Below, one piece after another: positions 30,902 to 41,803 of a DNA stretch of 64,000 nucleotides (position 1 is its first letter; each line of letters opens with the position of its first letter). The translations under genes and the position numbers were made by a program. Under the pieces are notes generated by a model. The model was not told the DNA's origin. It searched no databases and saw nothing but the letters and a program-made list of their open reading frames with translations. Where the stretch lies: contig CAWBXV010000002.1 of NCBI GenBank assembly GCA_963792875.1, positions 790,335 to 854,334 of the forward strand, given 5' to 3'. Source of the DNA: an uncultured Gammaproteobacteria bacterium. Its GTDB lineage: Bacteria > Pseudomonadota > Gammaproteobacteria > Pseudomonadales > JAHEGP01.

Positions 30902-31264
30902 CCGCGGCCTACGTCTCCCGAGTAATTTTGGCAAAGGGGATGATTATCGCCAGTCAATCGGCGGTACTTTATCACATTGCGCAGCTTGTCCGGGAAGCCC
31001 GCAAGCGCTCGCCCCATGGTTCATGCACAGCTCGCCGGACCATGGCGGCCGACGCATTCCAGAGAAGCAGGCCTACCGCAGGATGAATCCAGCGCGACAG
31101 GGGCGCAACCACTGCCGACAGATTGCCTTGCGATAGCGGGCAGAGGGAATTTACCAGGGGGGACGGTCGACAGGAGGGCTTGCGATGCTCCTGAGAAAAA
31201 CCAATGTACTGCCATCGGGAACTGCCTTCGGTTATCATACGTCCTCAGGTAACGGGGAGGCAAC

Positions 31265-32032
31265 ATGAGAATCATCAGCTTCTGCGCCGACGGCATCGAA
31301 CAGGCCGCCAGGGAAGGATTTTTCAAATGGGTAGTGCAGCAGGATGCCGATGTGATCTGCGTTCAGGATCTGCGCGCCCAGGAATATGACCTGCAAGATG
31401 ATGAATACTTTCCACAGGGCTATTTCCCCTATTTTTTCGACTCCCCGAATTCTGTCAATGGCGTCGCGATCTACGTGCGCCAGATGCCCAAGGCGATCAT
31501 GACGGGCCTGGGGTTTGGCGAACTCGACATCGAAGCGCGCTACATCCAGGCCGATTTCGAACACATCAGCATCGGCTGTCTGCTGGCGCCCGACGCCCGC
31601 CCCGACCATCCGGAAGATCTGGCCAGAAAAGAGCACTTCTACAAACTGCTGCAGAACCACCTGAACAAGATCCGCAACAAGCGGCGCGAGTACATCATTT
31701 GCGGCAGCTGGTTCATGACCCATCGCGAAATCGACTTGCAGGATGCCGCCGCGGCCGCCACCAAGCCGGGCTTTCTCCCCGAAGAGCGCCAATGGCTCGA
31801 GGTGCTGTTTCAGGACCTTGGCTACGTGGATGGCTTTCGCAGCGTCAATTCCGATGGCGACGAGTTCACCTACTGGCCAGCAGGCAACCGGGACGAGGGC
31901 GGCATGCGCTCGGACATGCAGGTGCTTTCCAACGGCCTGCGCAACCGCATCGAATACGGTCTCATCTACAAGACGCGAGCTTTCTCCTCGCACGCGCCCG
32001 TCATCATGGATTACGACATCGAAGTCGACTGA
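31265..32032 (+). CDS. crc: Crc-like catabolite repression control protein (EEP fold, ExoIII-related)
   Basis: MRIISFCADGIEQAA...DADVICVQDLRAQ...YIQADF...SSHAPV. The ExoIII catalytic QE is replaced by QD and NxNG by CADG, as I recall for Pseudomonas Crc. It is divergent from pyrE as in Pseudomonas. GGGGAGG SD upstream. Confidence 0.75.
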   Translation: MRIISFCADGIEQAAREGFFKWVVQQDADVICVQDLRAQEYDLQDDEYFPQGYFPYFFDSPNSVNGVAIYVRQMPKAIMTGLGFGELDIEARYIQADFEHISIGCLLAPDARPDHPEDLARKEHFYKLLQNHLNKIRNKRREYIICGSWFMTHREIDLQDAAAAATKPGFLPEERQWLEVLFQDLGYVDGFRSVNSDGDEFTYWPAGNRDEGGMRSDMQVLSNGLRNRIEYGLIYKTRAFSSHAPVIMDYDIEVD

Positions 32033-32077
32033 AACGGGCGCTGCAGCCAGCATGCGCAGCTGACGACAGCACAGCCA

Positions 32078-32803
32078 TCAGGCCTGCAGCGAAGCCCGCT
32101 GCAACGCCAGCAGCTGGCCGATGCCACTGCTGGCCAGCGCCAGCATTTCCTGCAGGTGCAGGGCGCTGAACGGTTCACTCTCGGCGGTACCCTGCAGTTC
32201 GATAAAACTGCCCTCGTCCGTCATCACCACGTTCATGTCGGTATGGGCCGACGAGTCCTCGCGGTAATCCAAATCCAGCACCGGCACATTCTCGCAGACG
32301 CCGACCGAAACTGCGGCGACCAGCCGACGCAGCGGGCTGCGACCGATCTGCCCGTCCGCCTGCATCCGCGCGAGGGCGTCGGCCAGCGCCACGCAACCGC
32401 CGGTAATCGCCGCCGTCCGCGTGCCGCCGTCGGCCTGGATGACATCGCAGTCGATCTTGACGGTGTATTCGCCCAGGGCTTCGAGATCGAGCGCGGCGCG
32501 CAGCGAGCGACCGATCAGGCGCTGAATCTCGACGGTTCGGCCGCTCTGCTTGCCCCGCGCCGCCTCACGATCCATGCGGCTACCGGTCGACCTTGGCAGC
32601 ATGCCGTATTCCGCCGTCAGCCAACCCTGCCCCTTGCCGCGCAGAAAGCGGGGCACTCCCGCCTCGACGCTGGCCGTGCAGATCACCCGGGTGTCGCCGA
32701 CCGAGATCAGCGCCGAGCCCTCGGCGTGGCGGGTAAAATTTCTCTCCAGGCTCACTGCGCGCAACTGATCGGGCCTGCGACCGCTGGGTCTGTCCTGCTG
32801 CAT
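32078..32803 (-). CDS. rph: ribonuclease PH
   Basis: From ATG 32803: [45 protein letters not shown], then [14 protein letters not shown] and [12 protein letters not shown]. The ORF-track model carries 63 extra N-terminal codons. Confidence 0.93.
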   Translation of the reverse strand: MQQDRPSGRRPDQLRAVSLERNFTRHAEGSALISVGDTRVICTASVEAGVPRFLRGKGQGWLTAEYGMLPRSTGSRMDREAARGKQSGRTVEIQRLIGRSLRAALDLEALGEYTVKIDCDVIQADGGTRTAAITGGCVALADALARMQADGQIGRSPLRRLVAAVSVGVCENVPVLDLDYREDSSAHTDMNVVMTDEGSFIELQGTAESEPFSALHLQEMLALASSGIGQLLALQRASLQA

Positions 32804-32935
32804 GGTTCCATTCCTGTCTGTGCGTGGAGCGCATCGCGCCGAGGGCGCATTATACATGACCGCCGCGACAGCGGCGGTGTACCCCCGGGCGATCCCGGCT
32901 AGAATGGTCGGCTTTGCATCGGGAGGCGCAGATCG

Positions 32936-33802
32936 ATGATCAACAGCATGACGGCATTCAGCAGACGGGAGCACTCCGGCAGCTGGGGCCACCTCACCTG
33001 GGAGCTGCGCTCAGTCAATCACCGCTACCTCGAGCCCGCGTTCAAGCTGCCGGAAAACCTGCGGCATCTGGAGCCGGCCCTGCGCGAACGCATCAAGCGC
33101 GGCCTCGCGCGCGGCAAGGTCGAGTGCAGCCTGCAATTTTCCGCCCACGCCGGGATCGCCTCGATGGGCGCAGTCAACGCGGAGCTTCTCGCCGCCCTGC
33201 TGGCCACCTGCGGTCAGGTCTGCAGCCAACCCGGCCACTGGGCGGCGCTCAACCCGCTGGAGATTCTGGCCTGGCCCGGCATACTGGAGGACGGCGGCGC
33301 CGGGGATGACACCGTCACCAGCGAAGCTCTGCTGTTGTTCGATCATGCCCTTCAGGAGTTGCGCGCCACCCGCCAGCGCGAGGGCGAGCAGCTGGCGCGC
33401 TTCATTGCACAGCGGCTGGACGACATTCCGCCACTCCTGGACGAACAGCGCAGCCGCATGCCCGCCCTGCTCGCAGAACAGCGCAACCGCATCGTGCAGA
33501 AGCTGAGGGAGGTCGACGCGGGCACAGACCCCGAACGACTGGAGCAGGAGCTGGTCCTGCTGGCACAAAAATCCGACGTCGATGAAGAGCTCGACCGCCT
33601 GCAAGTCCATCTGCAGGAAGTCAGGCGCGTCATCACGGCAGGTGGCGCGTGCGGTCGCCGCCTGGATTTCCTCATGCAGGAGCTCAATCGCGAAGCCAAT
33701 ACCCTCTCGGCCAAATCGCTATCGGCCGACAACACCCTCGGCGCCGTCGCGCTGAAAGTGCTGATCGAGCAGATGCGGGAGCAGATCCAGAATATCGAGT
33801 AA
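32936..33802 (+). CDS. yicC: YicC-family stress-induced protein
   Basis: [13 protein letters not shown]-terminus and C-terminal [18 protein letters not shown] (YicC_N/DUF1732 pattern). Divergent from rph as in E. coli and Pseudomonas. Confidence 0.88.
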   Translation: MINSMTAFSRREHSGSWGHLTWELRSVNHRYLEPAFKLPENLRHLEPALRERIKRGLARGKVECSLQFSAHAGIASMGAVNAELLAALLATCGQVCSQPGHWAALNPLEILAWPGILEDGGAGDDTVTSEALLLFDHALQELRATRQREGEQLARFIAQRLDDIPPLLDEQRSRMPALLAEQRNRIVQKLREVDAGTDPERLEQELVLLAQKSDVDEELDRLQVHLQEVRRVITAGGACGRRLDFLMQELNREANTLSAKSLSADNTLGAVALKVLIEQMREQIQNIE

Positions 33803-33951
33803 GCTCTCCGCTCTTTCGCACCCCTCCGCGGGGCCCGCTGCTGCGGGTCCGGGGGTCACGCCGGCAGCGGCAGACTGAAGCGCATCCGCCGCGGTTATGG
33901 ACAGCAAAACGGTATCGCGTCCACTTCGCCTCAAGCGGCCCGGCGCCGCCC

Positions 33952-34705
<754 letters not shown>

Positions 34706-34903
34706 AGCGAACAGCGCCTCGTCACCAGATCAGCCACATAATAGCCACCAACATTTTTTGCACCGCATCAAGTTACTTTGATAGACTAACCTGTCTTGTT
34801 GCCGATGCAGGCGTGGGTATTTCGCCGGACGTACCAACCTGTCCGCCCCATTGCATGTTGCGCGCAGTATACACCTCCCTGACCCAATACCGGTGGACAC
34901 ACT

Positions 34904-35179
34904 ATGGCACGAATTACCGTCGAGGATTGCCTTGAACACGTCGACAATCGCTTTCAACTGGTGATGGTCGCGTCCAAACGCGCACGCCAGATCAGCGTCT
35001 ACAAAAAGCCGCCGCTGGTGGTGGAAGACTCCGACAAGGCGACTGTCATCGCACTGCGGGAAATCGCCGAGGGGCTGGTGACGCGCGACATCCTCAATGA
35101 CACCAGCGGAGACTTCGAGGAGCGAGAGCAGGCCATCGCCATCGACCTCTCAGCCGCCATGTTCCCCCCCGAGGACTGA
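34904..35179 (+). CDS. rpoZ: DNA-directed RNA polymerase subunit omega
   Basis: [29 protein letters not shown] is the canonical omega N-terminus. Confidence 0.93.
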   Translation: MARITVEDCLEHVDNRFQLVMVASKRARQISVYKKPPLVVEDSDKATVIALREIAEGLVTRDILNDTSGDFEEREQAIAIDLSAAMFPPED

Positions 35180-35201
35180 TTCCCGGCCCCCAGGAGCACT
35201 C

Positions 35202-37361
35202 ATGGACTCCGCTACCCGCGTCATTGCCAAACCAGAGACAGAGCGGGTAGCTCAAGGCATTGACGCGCTGACAGCGGTCCTTTCCGAGTACCTCGCCCCC
35301 GCCCACATCAAGCTCGTTCGCCGCGCGTACTACTATGCAGAACAGGCTCACGACGGCCAACTGCGGCGCAGCGGCGAACCCTATGTCACGCACCCCCTGG
35401 CGGTCGCTTTCATTCTCGCCGACATGCGCCTGGACCACCAGAGCCTGATGGCGGCCCTGCTCCACGATGTCATCGAAGACACCGGCGTGAGCCGGGACGC
35501 GCTGGCCGCGCAGTTCTCCGGCACCGTGGCGGACCTGGTGGACGGGGTGAGCAAGCTGACGCAGATAGAATTCAAATCGCGCGCGGAGGCGCAGGCCGAG
35601 AACTTCCAGAAAATGGCCCTGGCGATGGCCCGCGACATCCGGGTCATTCTGGTCAAGCTGGCCGACCGATTGCACAACATGCGCACCCTCGGCATGTTGC
35701 GGCCCGACAAGCGCCGCCGCATCGCGCGGGAGACCCTCGAGATCTACGCACCCATCGCCAATCGCCTGGGGATGCACACTGTGCGCGTCGAATTCGAGGA
35801 GCTGGGCTTCGCGGCGCTCTACCCCATGCGCCACAAGTGCATCGAAGCGGCCGTCAGGGCGGCCAGGGGGGACCGCAAGCAATGGGTCGACAACATCCGC
35901 GAAGCCATCGGCGCGCGCCTGCGCGAACAGCGCCACGATGCCGTCGTGATCGGCAGGGAGAAGCACCTTTACGGCATCTATCAGAAGATGCGGCTGAAGC
36001 GCAAATCCTTCTCCGAGATCATGGACGTCTTCGCCGTGCGCATCATCGTCGACAGCGCAGACAACTGCTACCAGGTGCTCGGCGTGATCCACGGCATGTA
36101 CAAACCAGTGCCGGGCAAGTTCAAGGACTACATCGCCATCCCCAAATCCAATGGCTACCAGTCGCTCCACACGGTAGTCGTCGGGAAACACGGCGCACCT
36201 ATCGAAGTACAGATCCGCACCCGCGAAATGGAGGAGATGGCCAACAACGGCATCGCCGCCCACTGGCTCTACAAATCCGACGAGCGCTCGATCCAGAGTT
36301 CCCAGCTGCGGGCGCGCCAGTGGGTGCAGAGCCTGCTGGAAATGCAGGAGCGGGCGGGCAACTCACTGGAATTCATCGAGCACGTGAAGGTGGACCTGTT
36401 CCCCGACGAGGTCTATGTGTTCACGCCGCGCGGCGAAATCCTGGCGCTGCCCTCGGGCGCCACGGCTGTCGATTTTGCCTATGCCGTTCACACCGATGTG
36501 GGCAACCACTGCGCGGCCTGCCGCATCAACCGCAAACTGGCGCCGCTGTCCGAGCCGTTGCAGAGCGGCCAGTCGATAGAAATCATCACCTCCGAGAACG
36601 CCAAACCGAAGCCGGCCTGGCTCAATTTCGTCGTCACCGGCAAGGCGCGCTCCCACATCCGCCACTTTCTCAAACACCAGCGGCAGGCTGAGTCCGAGCT
36701 GCTGGGGCAGGAGCTGCTCGACAAGGCCCTGCGCAGCCTCGGCAGCAGCTACAGCAAGATCAAACGGCGGCAGATCCGGCGCTTTCTCAAGCAGACCAAC
36801 TACGCCAGCATGGACGCCGTGCTGGAGGAAATCGGCCTGGGCAACCGCGTCGCGTTCATCACTGCGCGCACCCTGCTGGAAGACACCAGCCGGGATGACG
36901 AAACCTCCCTGGCCGGCTCCAACCCCCTGGTGATCGCCGGCACCGAGGGCCTACTGGTCAATTTCGCCAAGTGCTGCTATCCGATACCCGGCGACCACAT
37001 CAGCGGGCATATCAGCGCCGGACGGGGGCTTGTAGTCCACCGGGACAACTGTAAAAATATCGCTGACTTCAGGGGCAATCGACAGAAGTGCATCGCCCTG
37101 GAATGGGCAGAGCGGGTCGAGGGCGAGTTCTCCGTCGAAATCCGCATCGTGCTGCAGAACAAGCGGGGCATCTTCGCCTCCATAGCAAACCAGATACATG
37201 CCATGGAGGCCAATATCGAGCAAATTTCCACGACTGAGCAGGATCCGACCTACAGCGCCGTCGAACTGCTGCTGTCCGTGCAGAGCCGGGCGCATCTGGC
37301 GCGCATCATGCGCAATATTCGCAGTACCCCCGAGGTCAACAAGGTATTGCGCGTAAAATAA
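35202..37361 (+). CDS. spoT: bifunctional (p)ppGpp synthetase/hydrolase SpoT
   Basis: HD domain (GEPYVTHPLAVA, LLHDVIEDT), RelA/SpoT synthetase region (GIYQKM...FAVRIIV...YQSLHTVV), and TGS and ACT domains. ATG 35202 has AGGAG upstream. The rpoZ-spoT order is conserved. Confidence 0.93.
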   Translation: MDSATRVIAKPETERVAQGIDALTAVLSEYLAPAHIKLVRRAYYYAEQAHDGQLRRSGEPYVTHPLAVAFILADMRLDHQSLMAALLHDVIEDTGVSRDALAAQFSGTVADLVDGVSKLTQIEFKSRAEAQAENFQKMALAMARDIRVILVKLADRLHNMRTLGMLRPDKRRRIARETLEIYAPIANRLGMHTVRVEFEELGFAALYPMRHKCIEAAVRAARGDRKQWVDNIREAIGARLREQRHDAVVIGREKHLYGIYQKMRLKRKSFSEIMDVFAVRIIVDSADNCYQVLGVIHGMYKPVPGKFKDYIAIPKSNGYQSLHTVVVGKHGAPIEVQIRTREMEEMANNGIAAHWLYKSDERSIQSSQLRARQWVQSLLEMQERAGNSLEFIEHVKVDLFPDEVYVFTPRGEILALPSGATAVDFAYAVHTDVGNHCAACRINRKLAPLSEPLQSGQSIEIITSENAKPKPAWLNFVVTGKARSHIRHFLKHQRQAESELLGQELLDKALRSLGSSYSKIKRRQIRRFLKQTNYASMDAVLEEIGLGNRVAFITARTLLEDTSRDDETSLAGSNPLVIAGTEGLLVNFAKCCYPIPGDHISGHISAGRGLVVHRDNCKNIADFRGNRQKCIALEWAERVEGEFSVEIRIVLQNKRGIFASIANQIHAMEANIEQISTTEQDPTYSAVELLLSVQSRAHLARIMRNIRSTPEVNKVLRVK

Positions 37362-37379
37362 CAAGACGAGGATCAGTAC

Positions 37380-37769
37380 GTGAGCACACTGGAAGCCATC
37401 CATAGCGACGCCGCACCGGCGGCCATAGGCCCCTATTCACAGGCCATCAGGGCCGGCAACACCGTCTGGCTGTCGGGCCAGATACCACTGGACCCCGCCA
37501 CCATGGCGATCGTCAGCGGCGGCATCGAGGCACAGACCCGCCAGGTATTCGAGAATATCACGGCCGTCGCAGCGGCCGCAGGCGGCAGCCTGGCACAGAT
37601 GGTGAAGATCAACATCTCGCTGACCGATCTGGCCGACTTCGGCCGCGTCAACGAGATCATGGCCAGCTATTTTGCCCAGCCCTATCCGGCCCGCGCCTGC
37701 GTGCAGGTGGCGGCGCTGCCCAAGGGTTCCCTGGTGGAGATCGAGGCCATCATGGTGCTCGACAGCTGA
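37380..37769 (+). CDS. ridA: RidA-family reactive enamine/imine deaminase
   Basis: [27 protein letters not shown] and [20 protein letters not shown]. Sits after spoT as in Pseudomonas. Confidence 0.88.
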   Translation: MSTLEAIHSDAAPAAIGPYSQAIRAGNTVWLSGQIPLDPATMAIVSGGIEAQTRQVFENITAVAAAAGGSLAQMVKINISLTDLADFGRVNEIMASYFAQPYPARACVQVAALPKGSLVEIEAIMVLDS

Positions 37770-37785
37770 GCAGTGCGGGCCCGGC

Positions 37786-38652
37786 TCAAGCGCCGACCGG
37801 GCCGCTACCCGCCAGCAGTTCGGCATAGCCAGCCCGGTAGTCCGGGTACTGCAGACGGTAGCCGCTCGCCAGCAGGGCGCCATTGCGGCAGCGCTTGTTG
37901 CCCCCGCGCAGCGGCGGTGGCTCCTCGGACATGGCGGTGACATCCAGGCCGCAGGCCCGCGCCAGCCACTCGCATACCTCCCGCAAGGGGGCCGGGTGAC
38001 CATCTACGGCCACGTAGCAGGGCAGCAACGGCTGACCACCGCGGTCGGCCTGCAGCAGGTGTGCGAGCGCGCCCGCGCAGTCCGCGCTGTGAATGCGATT
38101 GGAATAGGCCGCATAATCACTGGCGACGATGTGGCCCCGCTTGAGGCGATCGATCAAGCGCGTGCGGCCCGGGCCATAGATGCCGCCGAAGCGCACCGAT
38201 GTGGCCGCGATGCCGGAGGACGCCAGCAGACTCTCGGCCTCCAGCATGACCTGGCCGGAAAACGAACGCGGCAGCGTGGGCGACGCCTCGTCTACCCAGC
38301 TGCCATCATTCTGATGATACACTGACGTACTGGACGCGAACACGATGCGTGCGGGCGGTTGCGCCCCGAGCCGCTCCAGCACGTTGGCGAGGCCTTGGCA
38401 ATACACCGCGCGGTAGGCCTGTTCCGTAAAATCGCCCGGAGTGAGCGTTACCAGGACGTGAGAAAATTCGAGCCCGGCCAGAACGTCGAGCGAGGCGGGG
38501 CGGGTGACGTCCCCCTCCAGGGCCTGCAGCGGGGGCGGCACCGCGCTGCCCTGCCGACGCATGCCGTAGACCTGCCAACCCTGCCGTATGAGCATCCTCC
38601 CGGTATTGGCGCCGATATCGCCACAACCCACGATCAGCAATTTTCCTGACAT
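37786..38652 (-). CDS. NAD(P)-dependent epimerase/dehydratase-family (SDR) oxidoreductase
   Basis: From ATG 38652: MSGKLLIVGCGDIGANTG (Rossmann GxxGxxG), ASSTSVY and RFGGIYGPGR. The ORF-track model carries 88 extra codons. Confidence 0.75.
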   Translation of the reverse strand: MSGKLLIVGCGDIGANTGRMLIRQGWQVYGMRRQGSAVPPPLQALEGDVTRPASLDVLAGLEFSHVLVTLTPGDFTEQAYRAVYCQGLANVLERLGAQPPARIVFASSTSVYHQNDGSWVDEASPTLPRSFSGQVMLEAESLLASSGIAATSVRFGGIYGPGRTRLIDRLKRGHIVASDYAAYSNRIHSADCAGALAHLLQADRGGQPLLPCYVAVDGHPAPLREVCEWLARACGLDVTAMSEEPPPLRGGNKRCRNGALLASGYRLQYPDYRAGYAELLAGSGPVGA

Positions 38653-38802
38653 CGATGCGATTCCACTCCGTGACCAGGTTTGTAATGTGCCACCGGGGCG
38701 CCGGCCCTGCCACGACGACCGAGCGCCGCCCGGCGGCGATCCAGTGCGATGCGGCCCACAGCCGCCGGCGCGACCACGCTCTGACAGGCCGATGATCAGC
38801 GC

Positions 38803-40869
38803 GTGAACGGCGAACTCTCCAGGCAACCCGTCGACACGCTCAGAGGCGTCGGCCCGAAACTGGCGCAGCGCCTGCAGCGGCTGGGCATCCACAGCATACA
38901 GGACTTGCTGTTTCATCTCCCGTCCAGTTATCAGGATCGCACCCGCATCATCCCCATCGGTGAACTGACCCCGGGAACCGAGGCATTGATCGAGGGCACG
39001 ATCGCCTCCTCAGAGATCGCGATGGGGCGTCGTCGCAGCCTCCTGTGCCGGCTGGAGGACGACAGCGGCACCCTCTCCCTGCGCTTTTTTTACTTCAATG
39101 CCCACCAACAGCGCCAGCTCCAGCCAGGCGTTCGCCTGCGCTGCTTCGGCGAAGTACGCAGGGGCGGCACCGGGTCCGAGATCTATCACGCTCAATACCA
39201 GAGGATCGACGACCGGGGCGCTGACCTGCCGCAGTCGCTCACTCCCGGCTATCCCACCACCGAGGGCATCAGCCAGACCCTCTGGCGCAAGCTGCTGGCG
39301 CAAGCCCTGGCTGCGATCAATGGCAGCACCCCCCCGCCGGAGCTGCTGCCGGCATGCTGGGCTCCCGGCGCCCTCAGCCTGGTGGATGCGCTGCGCTACC
39401 TGCACGCGCCACCGCTGGATGCCGACCAGCACAGACTGCAGCGCGGGCAGCATCCTGCCCAGCAGCGGCTGGCCCTGGAAGAGCTGGTCGCGCACCACCT
39501 CGCTCTGCTGGACTTGCGGCAGCGGTCGCGCTGCCGCAGCGCGCCGCCGCTGCCCCCAAATGCGGCATTGCGGGCCCGGCTGCTGGCGTCGCTGAATTTC
39601 GAACTGACCGCCGCGCAGCGCCGTGCGGCCGGTGAAATCGCCGCCGACCTGACCAGCAACCGACCCATGATGCGGCTACTGCAGGGGGACGTGGGTTCGG
39701 GCAAGACCCTGGTCGCGGCGCTCGCCGCGCTGCAAGCGGCAGGTGCCGGCTATCAGGTTGCATTGATGGCACCCACCGAGATCCTCGCCGAACAACACTG
39801 GCACAGCTTCGAGCAATGGTTTGCGCCGCTGGGCGTCACCCAGGCCCGGCTGCTCGGGAGGGTCAAAGGCAAAGCCCGCGCCGCCCAGCTGGAGCTCATC
39901 CGCTCCGGCGAGGCGGCCATCGCCATCGGCACGCATGCCCTGTTCCAGGAAGACGTCAACTTCAGCCGCCTGGGCCTGGTGATTGTGGACGAGCAGCACC
40001 GCTTTGGTGTGCACCAGCGACTGCTGCTGCGCGACAAGGGGCGGCAGACCCCGCACCAGCTGACGATGACCGCTACGCCGATTCCCCGCACCCTGGCCAT
40101 GACCGCATACGCCGACCTCGACTGCTCGGTCATCGATGAGCTCCCGCCCGGACGCAGCCCGGTGATCACGGCAGCGGTGCCCAACGGCCGCCGCGCCGAG
40201 GTGATCGAGCGCGTGCGGGCCGCCGCCAGCGCCGGCCATCAGGCCTACTGGGTCTGCACCCTCATCGAAGAATCCGACCAGCTGCAGGCCCAGGCGGCCG
40301 AGGCGATCGCGGCCGAGCTCGCGGTGGCGCTGCCGGGTATCGCGGTAGGCCTGGTGCACGGCCGCCAGCACGCCACCGCAAAGAGTGCGACCATGAGCGC
40401 CTTCAAGGACGGCCGCATCGCCGTGCTGGTGGCCACCACCGTCATCGAAGTCGGCGTCGACGTGCCCAACGCCAGCCTCATGGTCATCGAGAACCCGGAG
40501 CGCCTCGGCCTGGCACAGCTCCACCAGCTGCGCGGCCGCGTCGGCCGAGGCGGCACCCAGAGCCACTGCGTGCTGCTCTACCAGTCACCGCTCTCACGCG
40601 CGGGCAAAGCGCGCCTGCAGGCGATGAGGGAGAGCAACGACGGCTTCTACATCGCGCAGAGAGACCTGGAACTGAGAGGGCCGGGTGAAGTGCTGGGCAC
40701 CCGCCAGACCGGCGTGCTGGAATTCCGCGTCGCCGATCTGCTGCGCGACCAGAGTCTCATCGACGACGTCCGGCGCATCGCCGAGCGCATCCTATCAGAA
40801 CAGCCACAGCTGGTAGAGCCGCTGCTGGAGCGATGGCTGCGCAACGGGCGCCGCTTTGCCGAAGTCTGA
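38803..40869 (+). CDS. recG: ATP-dependent DNA helicase RecG
   Basis: Wedge domain, Walker A LQGDVGSGKT, DEQHRFG, TATPIPRT and QLHQLRGRVGRG. Confidence 0.93.
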   Translation: MNGELSRQPVDTLRGVGPKLAQRLQRLGIHSIQDLLFHLPSSYQDRTRIIPIGELTPGTEALIEGTIASSEIAMGRRRSLLCRLEDDSGTLSLRFFYFNAHQQRQLQPGVRLRCFGEVRRGGTGSEIYHAQYQRIDDRGADLPQSLTPGYPTTEGISQTLWRKLLAQALAAINGSTPPPELLPACWAPGALSLVDALRYLHAPPLDADQHRLQRGQHPAQQRLALEELVAHHLALLDLRQRSRCRSAPPLPPNAALRARLLASLNFELTAAQRRAAGEIAADLTSNRPMMRLLQGDVGSGKTLVAALAALQAAGAGYQVALMAPTEILAEQHWHSFEQWFAPLGVTQARLLGRVKGKARAAQLELIRSGEAAIAIGTHALFQEDVNFSRLGLVIVDEQHRFGVHQRLLLRDKGRQTPHQLTMTATPIPRTLAMTAYADLDCSVIDELPPGRSPVITAAVPNGRRAEVIERVRAAASAGHQAYWVCTLIEESDQLQAQAAEAIAAELAVALPGIAVGLVHGRQHATAKSATMSAFKDGRIAVLVATTVIEVGVDVPNASLMVIENPERLGLAQLHQLRGRVGRGGTQSHCVLLYQSPLSRAGKARLQAMRESNDGFYIAQRDLELRGPGEVLGTRQTGVLEFRVADLLRDQSLIDDVRRIAERILSEQPQLVEPLLERWLRNGRRFAEV

Positions 40870-40935
40870 CTCAACAGGCAAGCGGCTGCGAACAGCGGGC
40901 GGGACGCAGCGCCAGCCCCTGCCACCCATAGCGAC

Positions 40936-41011
40936 TTTTCCAGCGCGCTTATCCAGTGGCAATCATCAGCTAACGCACAGAGTTATCCACAGTTTCCACA
41001 TGTTATCCACA
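40936..41011 (+). promoter_or_regulatory. array of five same-orientation DnaA-box-like 9-mers
   Basis: TTTTCCAGC (40936), TTATCCAGT (40949), TTATCCACA (40983, exact consensus), GTTTCCACA (40992) and TTATCCACA (41003, exact consensus). They lie in the 196-bp gap between the convergent stops of recG and the minus-strand gene ending at 41066. Confidence 0.5.
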
Positions 41012-41065
41012 GGCAGGATCGCAGCCCCCGCAGGCGCCGAGGCCCCCTCCCGGCAAGCCGCGCGA

Positions 41066-41803
41066 TCAGGGCGCCGCTGGCGCCAGCGCCTCAAAACTCC
41101 GCTGCAGCGCCGACTCGTACTGATCCAGCATCTGCTGCACCGCTGCGCGGGAGTAGCGGTCGACCAGGCGCGCCAGCAGCGCATCCGGATAGTACCGCGC
41201 ACAGAACAGATACCAGTCGCGCGCACCGCGCTGCAGCGCCGTCAAGCGTGCCTGTTCGACCTGCTGCCAGGGAATGGCGGCGCCCTCCGGCGCGACATGA
41301 GCGACCACCAGCCGCTCCATACTCCCCTGCGCCAGCGCCGCAATGCGGGAGCTGCGGCTGGCGCCATCGAGCTGCTGCACCAGCATGACGCGGCTCTCGA
41401 CAGGGGGCTGTTCGGCCAGGCGGGCCTCGTAAGCCTCCAGTTCGATACGCAGGTCGCGGCGCCCGCCGCCATGGCAGCTATCCACCAGCGGCCGCAGTGA
41501 TTCGCTGTCCAGGGCCTCCAGCGCCTCGCGGGACAAGCCCGGGGCGACGTCGATGCGCAGCGTCCGCTCCAGCGCTGCCTGCATGCGCCCGGGCGCCAGT
41601 GCCTCACGCAGCGCTGCCGCCGCCGGTGCATCCAGCGCCGCCCCTGCCTGCTGCAGTTGGGCCTCGACCAACGGCTGCAGCTCGACGAACACGTCCTGCA
41701 ACCCCATCACCTCGAGCAGCCGGGTCAGATCATCGACCGCCCACAGCGACGGCGCCGGCAAGCAGCAGCTCAAGGCCAGCAGCAGCCTCGGCAGAGACCT
41801 CAC
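41066..41803 (-). CDS. hypothetical secreted protein, translationally coupled to the upstream symporter
   Basis: GTG 41803 overlaps the symporter stop (GTGA). It starts with signal peptide (M)RSLPRLLLALSCCLPAPSLWA. The mature part is Ala/Leu/Glu/Arg-rich and helical. I do not recognise a family. Confidence 0.55.
   Translation of the reverse strand: MRSLPRLLLALSCCLPAPSLWAVDDLTRLLEVMGLQDVFVELQPLVEAQLQQAGAALDAPAAAALREALAPGRMQAALERTLRIDVAPGLSREALEALDSESLRPLVDSCHGGGRRDLRIELEAYEARLAEQPPVESRVMLVQQLDGASRSSRIAALAQGSMERLVVAHVAPEGAAIPWQQVEQARLTALQRGARDWYLFCARYYPDALLARLVDRYSRAAVQQMLDQYESALQRSFEALAPAAP

Noticed and set aside
32804-32992. Long N-terminal extensions in the ORF-track models. Examples are rph +63 aa, the SDR +88 aa, spoT +35 aa, gmk +28 aa, coaBC +34 aa, the permease at 1137 +97 aa, ubiA +126 aa and uvrD +25 aa.
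   Set aside because: The extensions are Arg/Pro/Ala/Gly-rich, often overlap the neighbouring gene or a divergent promoter, and precede an internal ATG, GTG or TTG that reproduces the canonical family N-terminus, often with an SD. They arise from taking the longest ORF in GC-rich DNA.
34851-34873. TTGCAT...TATACA upstream of rpoZ considered as a sigma-70 promoter.
   Set aside because: The spacer is only 11 nt. An alternative, TTGCAC-N18-TAGACT at 34758-34787, is possible but too weak (4/6 match in the -10, 18-nt spacer) to report as a feature.
40870-41065. The DnaA-box cluster considered as a replication origin (oriC).
   Set aside because: There is no dnaA, dnaN, rpmH, gidA or parAB context. 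There are no AT-rich 13-mer-like unwinding repeats, no boxes in the opposite orientation, and the gap is only 196 bp. A regulatory or titration role is more plausible, so it is kept as a finding and not called an origin.
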